Shown: positions 9,260-20,019, counted from the stretch's first letter. The stretch is DNA of 64,000 bases from a virus (IMGVR_UViG_3300032323_001407:1533-65532); one strand, 5' to 3'. Notes: generated by a model not told the origin, from the letters alone. Translations and numbers: made by a program.

Positions 9260-9396
9260 TTAATTAAACCTTTTTCTTTTAGGGCTCTATATATGGTCAT
9301 AACAGTTACGCCACATTCGCTAGCAATTTCTTCCATACTTTTTCTTTGGATAACATATCTTCTATGTAGCCAGTCTTTATTCTTGTACAATTTCAC
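9256..9396 (-). CDS. Small HTH protein
   Basis: Hand translation MKLYKNKDWLHRRYVIQRKSMEEIASECGVTVMTIYRALKEKGLIK; overlaps both neighbours by 4 nt. Confidence 0.75.
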   Translation of the reverse strand: MKLYKNKDWLHRRYVIQRKSMEEIASECGVTVMTIYRALKEKGLIK

Positions 9397-9959
9397 CTCT
9401 TTGTCAACACTTCATTAGCATAATACGCAATGCCAAAACTATCAGCGACATCAAAATCTTCTAAGTTTAAATCATATTTCTTATTAAAATAATCTGCCGT
9501 TCTTTGCTTTCTCATGTTACGTAATTTGTTTTTGTACCACGAGTCTGCGTATCCTGGATTCAATATTCTAATTGCATCTTTTTCATCTTTAGTTGGATTT
9601 TTATTTCCAATGTGTGACTGCCATGCGGAAGGACTTATTGTAATAACTTTAGCTCCAGTTGACATCAACTCAGCAATTACAACTCCATACACATAAGATA
9701 ATTTTATCACAGCATCTGGTGATCTGACAAGTATTGCTCCCTCGACTGCTATGTAGTCTGACTTAAGTTCATCGAGCATAATAGAGGTTTTAACTTTAGC
9801 GTCATATATCTTTTCATATATGTCATTACCAAGTATGTTTATCTTACCCCACTTTAATGGTTTGTTGTTTTCTAGCAAGCAGAAGGCAACTGAAGATGTT
9901 GATGCATCTATTCCTAAAACCCTGTTGGCTTTTGTTTTAGCTAATTTGGCCAGAGTCAT
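9393..9959 (-). CDS. RuvC-like Holliday junction resolvase
   Basis: LGIDAS, VEGA, ISPSAWQ and DVADSFGIA acidic motifs. Confidence 0.8.
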   Translation of the reverse strand: MTLAKLAKTKANRVLGIDASTSSVAFCLLENNKPLKWGKINILGNDIYEKIYDAKVKTSIMLDELKSDYIAVEGAILVRSPDAVIKLSYVYGVVIAELMSTGAKVITISPSAWQSHIGNKNPTKDEKDAIRILNPGYADSWYKNKLRNMRKQRTADYFNKKYDLNLEDFDVADSFGIAYYANEVLTKR

Positions 9960-10230
9960 TTAACATCCTTAATATTTTCTCTTTATCTGAATTAGAAATA
10001 CTTTTTTCACACTTAGCACATATTGTTGAAGAGTTGTACCTACTTAAACTAGATTTACACTTCTTGCAATATCTTTTTTGTCCAGAACGAATAGCTTTTT
10101 TTTCATAGTACTTCTCCATGATTTTTTTGTTTGTTGCAACCCTGCAACATTCATCTGAACAATACTTTTGGTTGTGAGTTTTTGGAGTAAACTCTTTATC
10201 GTTAAGACAGTCTGAGTTTGCACATATCAT
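9937..10230 (-). CDS. Zinc-finger hypothetical protein
   Basis: Several Cys pairs, including QKYCSDECC and two CxxC. Confidence 0.65.
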   Translation of the reverse strand: MICANSDCLNDKEFTPKTHNQKYCSDECCRVATNKKIMEKYYEKKAIRSGQKRYCKKCKSSLSRYNSSTICAKCEKSISNSDKEKILRMLNDSGQIS

Positions 10231-11018
10231 AAAGAAGGCACCTTAAATCTTTCAATCTGTACTGTTCCAGTAGGAGTTTCTTTAGAGTAGCACTGCTTTT
10301 TAATTGGGCAGTAAGTGCAGGGCATCTTAGTTTTTGTGGCTCCTTCTGGCTTCATAGGAAGGTCGCCATCCTTAAAGTTGTCCCACACCTCTCTCATCCA
10401 AAGAAATGTATCCTCAATAATCTTTTTATTCTTATCATTCATGACTACTGGAATAATTAGTATCTCCTGAGTATTCTTATTTTCGTATAAAAAGAAACCT
10501 TCTTTTGCATCCTTTAGTTTCATATAAGTTAAAAGCTGCAGGAGATGGTTTGCAGACGGGCTCATTTCTGCCTGCCTTGCATCCCAAACTTCTTGCTTTG
10601 CAGTTTTAATTTCACCAATTACAGTCTCACCATCGTACTCCATAATAAGATCAATAAAGCCACGAATAGGCGGGTACTCATTAATAATTTCTTCTTCTTC
10701 TGCAACCCACTGAGGCATTGTCTTTATTAGATTCTGAAGCCTTTCGTGGGCCTGAGTTCCTTGTGCCATATTGGCAACCGCAACTGCATCGTTATTATCA
10801 ATGAACACTGCACCTGAGAATGCCATGTACCAGTACCTTGGGCATGTTCCATGCCCATATCCAAGAGAGCTTGGGCTAAATGATTTCTTTGTCATTTCTC
10901 CGTCAGCCCTCTTGGTGTTTTTGTAGGACTCATCAAGCAGTTCAGCAAATGCTTCTGGATCAAAGAACTTTCCAGTATGCTTTTTAAACTTTAAGTTCTT
11001 TACTATATTTCTTCCCAT
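10227..11018 (-). CDS. Cas4-like PD-(D/E)xK exonuclease
   Basis: CPRYWY, GTQAHE, GFIDL...EIKT, QLLTY, and C-terminal CTYCPIKKQC Fe-S cysteines. Confidence 0.82.
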   Translation of the reverse strand: MGRNIVKNLKFKKHTGKFFDPEAFAELLDESYKNTKRADGEMTKKSFSPSSLGYGHGTCPRYWYMAFSGAVFIDNNDAVAVANMAQGTQAHERLQNLIKTMPQWVAEEEEIINEYPPIRGFIDLIMEYDGETVIGEIKTAKQEVWDARQAEMSPSANHLLQLLTYMKLKDAKEGFFLYENKNTQEILIIPVVMNDKNKKIIEDTFLWMREVWDNFKDGDLPMKPEGATKTKMPCTYCPIKKQCYSKETPTGTVQIERFKVPSL

Positions 11019-11356
11019 TACAGATTATACCTAACGACATACTTAAGTGCATCTACAAGTTTGTCTATGGACTCCTTTGCTGAGTAATATATATTTTTCT
11101 TATTATTGTTCATGGTTCCAGCCTTATCCTTTGCTATTGTTGAATAGTAAGATGCCATCATTGCAAACTTAGTTGACATAGCCTGAAGTTCAATAATAAG
11201 TTGAGGAGCTTTTGCAGCAGGAACATCTGGATTTAACAACAGTTTAACTATGACAGCTAAAGCTCTGTCCAGTTGAGCATCATTCATATACTCATGAAGA
11301 TCGTTAAATTCAGTTATAGAGTTAATTAACTCTAATGTATTTTTATCCTCTGTCAT
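11018..11356 (-). CDS. Hypothetical protein
   Basis: 112-aa ORF coupled to its neighbours. Confidence 0.65.
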   Translation of the reverse strand: MTEDKNTLELINSITEFNDLHEYMNDAQLDRALAVIVKLLLNPDVPAAKAPQLIIELQAMSTKFAMMASYYSTIAKDKAGTMNNNKKNIYYSAKESIDKLVDALKYVVRYNL

Positions 11357-11447
11357 TTTTAATCTTTTTATCCCACTTATCCATCAACAACCCAACGCCG
11401 TACCCAGCAACAAAGCCGAATAGGCATCCATAAATAAAGTATACCAC
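11343..11447 (-). CDS. 34-aa membrane peptide
   Basis: Hand translation MVYFIYGCLFGFVAGYGVGLLMDKWDKKIKNDRG; fills the gap between ssb and the next gene. Confidence 0.5.
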   Translation of the reverse strand: MVYFIYGCLFGFVAGYGVGLLMDKWDKKIKNDRG

Positions 11448-11839
11448 TAGAATGGAACCTCAGCGTATGTCTTGTATGAAGGGAAATCGTTATCGCCTGA
11501 AGGCTTATCCTTAGACAATGAATATGCTGTTACAGAAATTGAATCTGCATTGATTTCATAAGAGCTTCTCTTAATTCCATCTTTATCTGTCCAATTTTCT
11601 TCGTAGATCTTTCCAACAATAATAACTTCCATACCCTTTTTAATTACAGACTTTGATTGTCCTGCAAGTGTACGCCAAGCTTTTACTGTCCACCAAGAAG
11701 TGTTTTTGTCTTCCCACTCTCCAGTAGTTTCATTCTTAACACGATCATTAGTTGCAACTCTAAACCTAAGACCATTTGATCCAACAGGTTCTGGTTCACT
11801 ACCAACTCGCCCAACGATTGTAATAATCGGATTAGCCAT
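11447..11839 (-). CDS. ssb: Single-stranded DNA-binding protein (OB fold)
   Basis: ITIVGRVG, FRVATN, WWTVKAW, KKGMEVIIVG and an acidic tail ending in PF. Confidence 0.88.
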   Translation of the reverse strand: MANPIITIVGRVGSEPEPVGSNGLRFRVATNDRVKNETTGEWEDKNTSWWTVKAWRTLAGQSKSVIKKGMEVIIVGKIYEENWTDKDGIKRSSYEINADSISVTAYSLSKDKPSGDNDFPSYKTYAEVPF

Positions 11840-12140
11840 TTTTATTTTCCTCCCAAAATGTGATCAGCTCTTCTAGTACTGACCACTCTATGATTCCAAG
11901 ACGGACCTTGGAATCCCCACCAATAATAATTTTAAGGGCTGGATGCATGTCCCTGCTAACCTTAAAAGTATCTGTACAGATTTTAGCCCATACATCTTTA
12001 TTTAAATTAAATGAAGCTTTAGATTCTTTGTAGTCTACTACAAAATTTTTCCACTTAGCGTCACCCTTTTGATATTCTCCACGGCCACTATTCTTTTGTG
12101 CTTTAGCGCCATCTCTTTTTACTTCTGCTCTTTCTGACAT
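11832..12140 (-). CDS. Small PD-(D/E)xK-like nuclease / resolvase
   Basis: NSGRG...KGDA...VDYKES pattern. Confidence 0.5.
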   Translation of the reverse strand: MSERAEVKRDGAKAQKNSGRGEYQKGDAKWKNFVVDYKESKASFNLNKDVWAKICTDTFKVSRDMHPALKIIIGGDSKVRLGIIEWSVLEELITFWEENKNG

Positions 12141-12331
12141 CAGTTAAGCTTATGCTTTGTCTCATGACCAGATGGACATTTCCAGTACATTTCTAAAGTA
12201 ACCTGATTAAAACTATAGTATGGAGCAGAAAGATCACACTTACTACATGGCCTCTGCTGTTCTATTTTTTCAACTCTGTTATCTATAGACTCTTCAACTT
12301 TTGAAGTAAAAAACTCATTAATGTTTGGCAT
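12140..12331 (-). CDS. Small zinc-binding hypothetical protein
   Basis: CSKC...CPSGH. Confidence 0.6.
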   Translation of the reverse strand: MPNINEFFTSKVEESIDNRVEKIEQQRPCSKCDLSAPYYSFNQVTLEMYWKCPSGHETKHKLN

Positions 12332-13322
12332 TTATTTCTCCTATTAATCTGTCTACAACATCTGGATTTTCCTTTAAATATGCTACAGCCTTTGCACGTC
12401 CTTGAAAACGTTCTCCATTTACTGTATACCATGCGCCACCCTTTTCTACAATGCCACACATTTCTGCAACGTCTAATGTTTCTCCAACATAATCTATACC
12501 AAGAGCTTGCCCTTGGTAGTAAAAGTCATATTGTCCTGATAAATTTGGGGGGCCGACCTTGTTGTAATCAACAATCCAATTAACTGGTCGCCCAACTCTT
12601 TGTTCAATAATCTTGTCACCAACTTTAATACCTGCTTTAATAGCATTAGCCTCAGCTTCAGAAGACCATAGCTTAATGACGGTTGAAGAGAAGAACTTAA
12701 CTGCCATGCCACCTGTGGGGATGTGACTAGCATGCATAGATCCAAATTGATTTCGTTGCTGCGAGATGAGAACAAGTAATGTGTTTTTGTTTGCATAGTT
12801 TAACATCTTGACTGCGTGGGTCATATCCTTTGCTTCTGCGCCGATTTGCTTGGTATCCTGCAAATCTTTCATTTCATTTCCGTCTTTTTCAAAATAGATT
12901 GCTGGTAGCAACGCTGAAATAGAATCAACTACTATCAGATCAACACCAGCCTCCATAAGCTTTGTTGCAACATCAACCATATCATTAACAGTTTTAGCTG
13001 GAGAGTATATTAATTCTTTTGAGTTTACGCCAAGCTTTTCTGCCCACTCAGGATCGTAAGAATGCTCCGCATCAATCCACGCACATGTCTTGCCTTCTTT
13101 TTGAGCTAAAGCAATCATCTGCAAACAGAAAGAAGACTTTCCTGCAGACTTATTTCCCCAAACAAGTATTTGCCTTCCATAAGCAAAACCTCCGTTTAAT
13201 GCGAAGTTTAGTCCTATGCTAGGTGTAGGCTGCTTTTCAATCTGAATATCCACGGCAGACTGAACCCTAGCTCTAGTCTTAGGGTCTAGCTTTGCTAATA
13301 TATCGTCTAGTTGCATTTCCAT
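12318..13322 (-). CDS. recA: RecA-like recombinase
   Basis: GNKSAGKS Walker A, WIDAEH, IVVDSISAL, TGGMAVKF, KGGAWY. Confidence 0.92.
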   Translation of the reverse strand: MEMQLDDILAKLDPKTRARVQSAVDIQIEKQPTPSIGLNFALNGGFAYGRQILVWGNKSAGKSSFCLQMIALAQKEGKTCAWIDAEHSYDPEWAEKLGVNSKELIYSPAKTVNDMVDVATKLMEAGVDLIVVDSISALLPAIYFEKDGNEMKDLQDTKQIGAEAKDMTHAVKMLNYANKNTLLVLISQQRNQFGSMHASHIPTGGMAVKFFSSTVIKLWSSEAEANAIKAGIKVGDKIIEQRVGRPVNWIVDYNKVGPPNLSGQYDFYYQGQALGIDYVGETLDVAEMCGIVEKGGAWYTVNGERFQGRAKAVAYLKENPDVVDRLIGEINAKH

Positions 13323-13327
13323 AACGA

Positions 13328-13552
13328 TTAGTTGTTTGGCAATTCTTCTTCAGATTCAGATGGTTTATCTTCTAGTCTAAATTCAAATGACATAGTTTCG
13401 TCATTATATGTTACAGAAAGCTGTACATCTTGATTGTTGGAGTTTATAAAATCTTCAGTAGGTATACTAATAGATTCAATTTTATTTAAAATAGCAACCA
13501 AAACTCTTGTAGCGTTCATTGTTTTAAAAACATCTTCTGTATTACTTGTCAT
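13328..13552 (-). CDS. Hypothetical protein
   Basis: 74-aa ORF overlapping the dnaE stop. Confidence 0.6.
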   Translation of the reverse strand: MTSNTEDVFKTMNATRVLVAILNKIESISIPTEDFINSNNQDVQLSVTYNDETMSFEFRLEDKPSESEEELPNN

Positions 13553-16500
13553 CTTACATCCTTAACCATAAGTGTTCCATCTTCTAAGGTTTTTAGAGTT
13601 GGCTCGCAAATCATTCCTTCTCGCATTTTAGCCAATGAAATTGGATACATGCTAGAAAAAACAATAGCTCTATTTAAATTCTTATCTTTATCTGACATAA
13701 CAAGGTGCGCCATAGTTTTGCCAGCTTTTGTTTTATATGGTGTATAGCTTATCACGAACCTTTGATTTTCGTCAATAGGGTATGACTTTGCATATAAATA
13801 TTTAACAAATGCATCGTCAGAATCCTTATTGATAGAATCAACATCTATGTACCTTGATATTCTATTATCCCCTACAAGAACAAAATACATTTTATTTGTT
13901 TCTATTTTTGTCTGCTCTATATCGAATAATCCTACAGATCCACTTTCATCGACAAGCTCAATTCTTGACCAGCCATTACCACGCTTGATGCTTTTGGCCA
14001 TACCAAACATTACGAATGATCCCAGCTCTTCAAATTCATCAATAGGTCTTGCTTGTGCTTTAACTCTTGGCTCTAAGTTAGAAAGGTTAAAAGAAGGTAT
14101 CCCTAAAAATTCGTAATAAGACTCTGCTTCTTTGCCGCTTCTAGGATTATCATCAAAAGCAGCGCCCCCAATAGCATTAAGAGAGTTAACGGCCCTAGAG
14201 TTAATGCCGCTACCCTTCTTAGACGCCTTGTCGACAAAATCTTTGTAGTTTTCATACGGTCTCTTTTCAATAATTTTATTTGCAATACTGTCTGAAATAA
14301 ATTTAACTTCAGCTAAACCAAATCTAATTGAATCTTTTTGTAGTGAAAAGTTTACATCTGATTCATTTACATGTGGAAGCTTAACTTTAATTCCAAGCCT
14401 CTTGGCTTCAATTAGATATCCTGTTCTGGCATCCTTGTCTCCTTCATTTTTAAGGATCGAGAATAAAAATTCCAAAGGATAATAGCACTTAAGCCAAGCG
14501 GTATAATAAGAAAGCATAGAATAAGCAACAGCGTGACTACGATTGAATGAGTATCCAGCGTGAGCTTCGAATGTTTTCCATAGGTTCTCTGCTTCATCGG
14601 CGCTGATATGCTTTTTAGCGCCTTGAATAAACTTATCTTTAAACGGACCGAGTTCCTTTGCATCCTGCTTTTTACCAATAACCTTTCTAACCTTGTCAGC
14701 CTCTGACCAAGTCATTCCACCTAGGTGTACGCATGCTTGCATAACCTGTTCCTGATAAATAATAACTCCGTATGTATTTTCTGTAAAAGGTTTCATGATA
14801 GGATGAATATAGTTAACTGCCTCATCCCCGTGCTTTCTTTTAATATATGAAGCACCTACGGTATTCATTGCTCCTGGTCTAACAAGAGCATTTGATGCAG
14901 CCAAATCTTCAAACTTATCTACCTGCATCTTTATAAGTAGATTTGTGTAGGGCGTTGCTTCTGCTTGGAAAACACCTTTAGTGTATCCGTCGTTAAACAT
15001 CTTGTAAACTTTTTGGTCGTCAAGAGGGATGTTGTAAAGATTAATTTCTTTACCGTGTCTATCCTTAACTGATTTTAATGTATCTGAGATTACAGATAAA
15101 GTCTTAAGACCTAGGGCATCTAGCTTAATAAGACCTATATCTGCAACCGTATCCATGTCGTATGCCACGACTGGAATTCTTCCAGACACGTCATCATTTG
15201 CATCTGCTCTGGACTCTATTGGTGCATACTTTCTCAAGTCATCTTTTGCCACAACTACACCAGCAGCATGTACTCCAACGCTTCGAATCTTTCCACGAAG
15301 ACGTTCTGCAAGCCAAGTTACCTCTGGGTACTTTGCTCTAAACTCTTTTGTATTTGGTGAATCCATAAAATCTTCAAATGTATCAATAGACTTCATTGCA
15401 CGATTAACATCAGATAGAGGAACCATAAATACTCTTGCCGCATCTCTAATTACACCCTTATCTTTAAAATAAGTAAATGTAGAAATAGATGCTACGTGCT
15501 TAAACTTCTTCTTCAAATAATCTTTAACCTCTTTACGACGACGGTCCTCGAAGTCTGTATCAATATCTGGAAAGTCATTACGTTCTGGATTAATAAATCT
15601 AAAGAAAAGCAAATCATATTTAATTGGATCTACATCTGTAATTCCAAGGGCGTAGCAAACTAGTGAGCCTGCTGCAGAACCACGACCAGGGCCAACCATA
15701 ATATTATTTGACTTAGCCCATGTAATCATATCTGCAACAACTAAGAAATATGAAGCAAATGCTTTATCTTTAATTATAGATAACTCTTCTGCAATTCTAT
15801 CCAAATAGACCTGATCTTTGTCCAGAGATAGCCTTCTAAGGCCTTCTAAGGCCATATCAGCTAGTTTCTTGTCAGCATTGGTCTTTGGGATGGGTAGCAG
15901 ATCCAATCCCTCATAGAAGTCATACTCTTCAATCTTGTCTGCAATCTCCATTGTATTATCATATATATCTGTACGAGTAATGCCTGCTTTATTAAAGTCC
16001 GCCTCAATTTCAGACCTGCTTTGAATAAATAGATTATAATCTTGAAATGATATTCTACGGTCTGGGTATAAGTAATTAAATCTATCCATCATGTCTGGCA
16101 TTTGTCTAGACATTTCAAAGTCTGCATCTTTATCTGACTTAGGAGATGTTGATAGAATAAGCATTGCTTCTTCTAATACTCTATCTTCTTCTTTAGCAAA
16201 GTGAGCATCTCCTGTTGCCACCGCTTTTATCTTGAGTTGATCAGCCAGCTCCAAAAGCTTTGAGTTGATTTCTGTCGGGTTATGAGATTGGACCTCAACG
16301 TAAAAGTCTTCACCAAAAGTTTTCTTAAGGTCTTGAAGTACAAGTTTTGCTTCTGAGAATTCCTGGCGTTCAATAGCCTTACTAATAAGCCCGTTAAGGC
16401 ATCCAGACAATACAATAATACCTTCTGCATACTCTTTCAATACCTCTCTATCAATACGTGGCTTATGATAAAAGCCTTCTGTCCATGCAAGCTCCTGAAG

Positions 16501-16818
16501 GGTGTTGATATTCTCTAGACCCTTTTTATTCTTAGCTAAAAGAATAATATGGTTATAGGCCTGAATTGATTTATCTGTCTTTGAAGACCTATCAAATCTA
16601 TCTGTTGGAGAAATGTATGCTTCCACTCCAAGAATTGGCTTGATTCCTTGCTCTTTACATGCAATTTGCATTTCACGATGTGAAGATAATGTTCCGTGGT
16701 CAGTAATAGCCAGAGAAGTCTGACCAGCTTCTTTCGCAGCCTTTACAAGTTCGGCAGGAGAATTAAGCCCATCCATTAATGAATAGAAAGAATGCACATG
16801 CAAATGTGTGAAGTTCAA
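13549..16818 (-). CDS. dnaE: DNA polymerase III alpha subunit
   Basis: PHP domain HLHVHSFYSLMDG, GPGRGSAAGSL, PDIDTDF, KLDALGL, YSFNRSHA; no intein seen. Confidence 0.95.
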   Translation of the reverse strand: MNFTHLHVHSFYSLMDGLNSPAELVKAAKEAGQTSLAITDHGTLSSHREMQIACKEQGIKPILGVEAYISPTDRFDRSSKTDKSIQAYNHIILLAKNKKGLENINTLQELAWTEGFYHKPRIDREVLKEYAEGIIVLSGCLNGLISKAIERQEFSEAKLVLQDLKKTFGEDFYVEVQSHNPTEINSKLLELADQLKIKAVATGDAHFAKEEDRVLEEAMLILSTSPKSDKDADFEMSRQMPDMMDRFNYLYPDRRISFQDYNLFIQSRSEIEADFNKAGITRTDIYDNTMEIADKIEEYDFYEGLDLLPIPKTNADKKLADMALEGLRRLSLDKDQVYLDRIAEELSIIKDKAFASYFLVVADMITWAKSNNIMVGPGRGSAAGSLVCYALGITDVDPIKYDLLFFRFINPERNDFPDIDTDFEDRRRKEVKDYLKKKFKHVASISTFTYFKDKGVIRDAARVFMVPLSDVNRAMKSIDTFEDFMDSPNTKEFRAKYPEVTWLAERLRGKIRSVGVHAAGVVVAKDDLRKYAPIESRADANDDVSGRIPVVAYDMDTVADIGLIKLDALGLKTLSVISDTLKSVKDRHGKEINLYNIPLDDQKVYKMFNDGYTKGVFQAEATPYTNLLIKMQVDKFEDLAASNALVRPGAMNTVGASYIKRKHGDEAVNYIHPIMKPFTENTYGVIIYQEQVMQACVHLGGMTWSEADKVRKVIGKKQDAKELGPFKDKFIQGAKKHISADEAENLWKTFEAHAGYSFNRSHAVAYSMLSYYTAWLKCYYPLEFLFSILKNEGDKDARTGYLIEAKRLGIKVKLPHVNESDVNFSLQKDSIRFGLAEVKFISDSIANKIIEKRPYENYKDFVDKASKKGSGINSRAVNSLNAIGGAAFDDNPRSGKEAESYYEFLGIPSFNLSNLEPRVKAQARPIDEFEELGSFVMFGMAKSIKRGNGWSRIELVDESGSVGLFDIEQTKIETNKMYFVLVGDNRISRYIDVDSINKDSDDAFVKYLYAKSYPIDENQRFVISYTPYKTKAGKTMAHLVMSDKDKNLNRAIVFSSMYPISLAKMREGMICEPTLKTLEDGTLMVKDVR

Positions 16819-16843
16819 CTTAATTCTCCGCCTATACTCTCTC

Positions 16844-17518
16844 TTACCAGTCTACGCTGCTGCTTGTTGAAGATGACTCTCGTTCTTCTGGAGCTGACTC
16901 ACCAGTATAGAATGCTTCCTGCTCTGCGTATGGAACACTACGCACTGCTGTCTTTTCTAAATCAAACAGCTCAACAGCAGAAAAGTCAAATGGCTTTTCA
17001 TCTTTAGCCAACGGGATAATTGTGTAGCTTGTGTCTGTCTTAAGACCACTACGCTTTACACGCCACATTAGATTTGTGATACTTCCCATTTCATTTGCAT
17101 ATTCAATCAATGTTGGTGTAATTGTTTTACCACTCACTCCTTGAGAAAGAATTGCTACATATGGTTCAGTCTTTCCGTCATCGACTAGAACGTTAATGTA
17201 TAGACGTTTTCTTGCGCCCCAACCAGCCTTTGGATCCTTGCGGTGCTGCTCTTGAGCCCAGTCACGGCCTTCATCTTCCATTGTGTCTAGTGCCTTACGG
17301 CGATAATCTTTAGGGTTTGTGTGTTCAATTGCAAAAAATCCGCAACCCATTTTTTCATTATAGTGTGGTGAATCTGGATCAAGCTCTTGTAAGAAGCGAA
17401 TCTTTACAGCTTCTCCATCTTCAATCTTTAACCACTTTGCCTTGCTATCTTCTGAACTAGTGTATGTAACCTTGTCCATTGCCTTTGTCATTCCTGACAA
17501 ACCTTTTACTATTCCCAT
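16844..17518 (-). CDS. Phage ssDNA-binding protein (gp32-like)
   Basis: VKIRFL...RSGLKTDTSYTIIP and an acidic Ser-rich tail ending in DW; located between primase and polymerase. Confidence 0.6.
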   Translation of the reverse strand: MGIVKGLSGMTKAMDKVTYTSSEDSKAKWLKIEDGEAVKIRFLQELDPDSPHYNEKMGCGFFAIEHTNPKDYRRKALDTMEDEGRDWAQEQHRKDPKAGWGARKRLYINVLVDDGKTEPYVAILSQGVSGKTITPTLIEYANEMGSITNLMWRVKRSGLKTDTSYTIIPLAKDEKPFDFSAVELFDLEKTAVRSVPYAEQEAFYTGESAPEERESSSTSSSVDW

Positions 17519-17571
17519 TTTATTCTCCTTATGTATGTAACGGTATATATCCGTTTGTAACCACGTATTTT

Positions 17572-18561
17572 TTAAGTTCTGTATTCAAAATTAGATATGG
17601 CATTTGTTATGCAGGCTTTAATATCTTCATCAGACATATCACCTGCATCTTTTACACCCTCTGGATATATTCTACCATAAGAATGCGATGCCCACAAGAT
17701 GTTTTTATTACTTAATTTGTAAGCAATAGCCGAACCTAAATCTCTTCCCGCCTTATCTGCATCAGTCATAATAATAACTGTATTGAAGTATCTGTTTAAA
17801 AGCCCTAAATTATCTCCAGATATATGACCGCCAAGAGTGGCAACTACATTAGGAAAGCCAGCTTGGTGAACACGAATAGCATCAAAGCTAGACTCTACAA
17901 CTATTACTCTGTCACCAATTTTCTTGGCACGATGAATATTAAACATAGTCTTGCTTCTTGGAAGGTCTTTACTATTCTTAAATCTTTTATCGGATATGGA
18001 TCTACCAACAACCCCGACTGGAGTTCCATCTGGACTATGTACTGGAACAGTTATCATGTCCATATTTTCAGAATACCCTAACATAAAATGTTCCATTGAT
18101 TCTAAATTAATTCCACGAGAAACTAGATACTCTTTTGCCTTGCTGCTTTTTACTAAACCATCATATAAATTTTTTAAGGTAGCTTCTGGGAACTCAACAA
18201 ACTCTGGTTTATCTTGCAGCATATCTTTAAGAGACTCATCAAAATTTGCTAATGCTTCAGACTGCTTAGACTCAATAAATCTTAGCGACTGAAACTCATT
18301 TTTATTTAATATCCTTTTAACAAGGTCGCTCAATGTTCCAGCTTCTCCGCAGGATGGATTAAAGCAAATATATGCGCCTTTTGTTTTACTTATACTAAAA
18401 CTTGATGTATGTCTATTAGAATGAAATGGGCAGTACGCAAGATAATCATTTGATGTCTCGCCCACCATATCTATTCCAAGGCTTTGTACTATTGATTTGA
18501 TATGGGCAGGGGTGTACTCCGAGCTATCAACTTGCCTTGAGTTATACCCTCTAATTGCCAT
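17572..18561 (-). CDS. DNA primase
   Basis: CPFH...CFNPSC zinc finger; TOPRIM motifs VVESSFD and MTDADKAG. Confidence 0.9.
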   Translation of the reverse strand: MAIRGYNSRQVDSSEYTPAHIKSIVQSLGIDMVGETSNDYLAYCPFHSNRHTSSFSISKTKGAYICFNPSCGEAGTLSDLVKRILNKNEFQSLRFIESKQSEALANFDESLKDMLQDKPEFVEFPEATLKNLYDGLVKSSKAKEYLVSRGINLESMEHFMLGYSENMDMITVPVHSPDGTPVGVVGRSISDKRFKNSKDLPRSKTMFNIHRAKKIGDRVIVVESSFDAIRVHQAGFPNVVATLGGHISGDNLGLLNRYFNTVIIMTDADKAGRDLGSAIAYKLSNKNILWASHSYGRIYPEGVKDAGDMSDEDIKACITNAISNFEYRT

Positions 18562-18788
18562 GACTTCTTCTTTCCTACATAGACTCCGTGGATAGTCATT
18601 AAGAATTTCCACGTTTGACCATCAAATTCTACCGAAAAGGATGGGTCAATGTCAAGTACTCTGGTGTATCCATATTCTCTCATTTGATCTACAAGCAAGT
18701 TTTCATACTGTTTCTTGATCTTAATCATATTAGAATCATCTAGAAACTCAACCTGTATTTGAAACCTTTTAATGTTTTGATGAGTCAT
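18489..18788 (-). CDS. Hypothetical protein
   Basis: 99-aa ORF between helicase and primase. Confidence 0.6.
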   Translation of the reverse strand: MTHQNIKRFQIQVEFLDDSNMIKIKKQYENLLVDQMREYGYTRVLDIDPSFSVEFDGQTWKFLMTIHGVYVGKKKSWQLEGITQGKLIARSTPLPISNQ

Positions 18789-20019
18789 TGCTCAGCTCTG
18801 GAAGATCTTCGTAAATTGGAGTAATAACACCTCTGTTAATATCCCAATCAAGGAAGAATCTGAAGTCGTGTCCGTGTCTATTCTTTCTAGACACCACCTC
18901 AATTAAATCTGTATTGGCATGCTTGTGAATAGCAATAGCCATATCTGCATCATACTCAATTGCTTTTGACCATGCAACTTGGCTCATCATCGGAGGCTGC
19001 TTTTGGTCTGAGATATCATCTGCAGTTGCTGCAGTAATATCAATAATTGGAATTCCATTTGTAACAGCCAATAACTTAAAGTCTCTTGAGATATTTCTAT
19101 TTCGCTCTACTTCAGAGTTACTTCGCTTGTTATCATTAAATAGTTGATGGTAATCTAAAATTACTAAGTCTGGCTTATGCTGATCAATCTTTCCTTGAAT
19201 TGTTGCTGGTGTTACTTCTCCAGCACCTTCATTAGAAACAAGAATGAAGCTGTTCTTTCCTTCAGTTTTTTTCTTTCCCCAAGTTTTAAAATCATCAATG
19301 TTAATGTCACCTTTTGAAAGGTCGCTTGCTCTAAACAATCCAGAACCAAGCATTGTATATATTCTGTCTCGCATATTCTCTGGTGCCATTTCAAGAGAAA
19401 CAATCATAGGCTTAAAGCCTTGCTCCCAAGCTTTGCATGCTAAGTATGATGTGAACCAAGTCTTACCACGTCCTGGCCAGCCAATAGCAACGATAAGGTG
19501 TCCTGGAGCCATACCTGTTGGGTAAGCTTTATCAATTGCTTCAAATCCAGTTAGGATTCCTGGGCTACCGCCCATTGCCAATGATCTAGTTCTTACTGAC
19601 TCGTAGTGTCTTTCTGCTGAATCTAAATCTGTTATATCTAAATCTTTTACATTATTAGTATATCTGCTTAGGTTTGCTAACTGTGACTGCATTGTACCAA
19701 GAACCCTAGAAGGAGCATCGTCCTTCAAAGAGGAGCCAGCTTGAAGAAGAATGGTCTTTAGTTTGTTGCCAACAAATTCATTTTTAAGTTTATCTAAATA
19801 GTATCCAGTCTCTCCTTTAGTTTCAACTGGCTCAAAGTCTTTAAACTTATCTTGAAGAATAGTTGCTTCTGGTACAGCTCTAAACTTATAATAATATGAC
19901 TTAAGGCCTTCCCAAATATCTTTATGAGAAACGAATAGGTCGTCTGAGTTATCTGCAAGTATGGTGCTGATGTCTTTGTTCTTGCATACCGCTGAGATTA
20001 GCTCGGCTTCTGTATTCAT
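18769..20019 (-). CDS. DnaB-like replicative helicase
   Basis: GWPGRGKT, VSLEM, ILDYHQL, IEYDAD, KNRHG. Confidence 0.92.
   Translation of the reverse strand: MNTEAELISAVCKNKDISTILADNSDDLFVSHKDIWEGLKSYYYKFRAVPEATILQDKFKDFEPVETKGETGYYLDKLKNEFVGNKLKTILLQAGSSLKDDAPSRVLGTMQSQLANLSRYTNNVKDLDITDLDSAERHYESVRTRSLAMGGSPGILTGFEAIDKAYPTGMAPGHLIVAIGWPGRGKTWFTSYLACKAWEQGFKPMIVSLEMAPENMRDRIYTMLGSGLFRASDLSKGDINIDDFKTWGKKKTEGKNSFILVSNEGAGEVTPATIQGKIDQHKPDLVILDYHQLFNDNKRSNSEVERNRNISRDFKLLAVTNGIPIIDITAATADDISDQKQPPMMSQVAWSKAIEYDADMAIAIHKHANTDLIEVVSRKNRHGHDFRFFLDWDINRGVITPIYEDLPELSNDSSKH

Noticed and set aside
6584-20019. Inteins or introns in TerL, RecA, DnaE and the helicase
   Set aside because: Lengths are normal and no C...HN splice motifs or homing endonuclease segments are seen.
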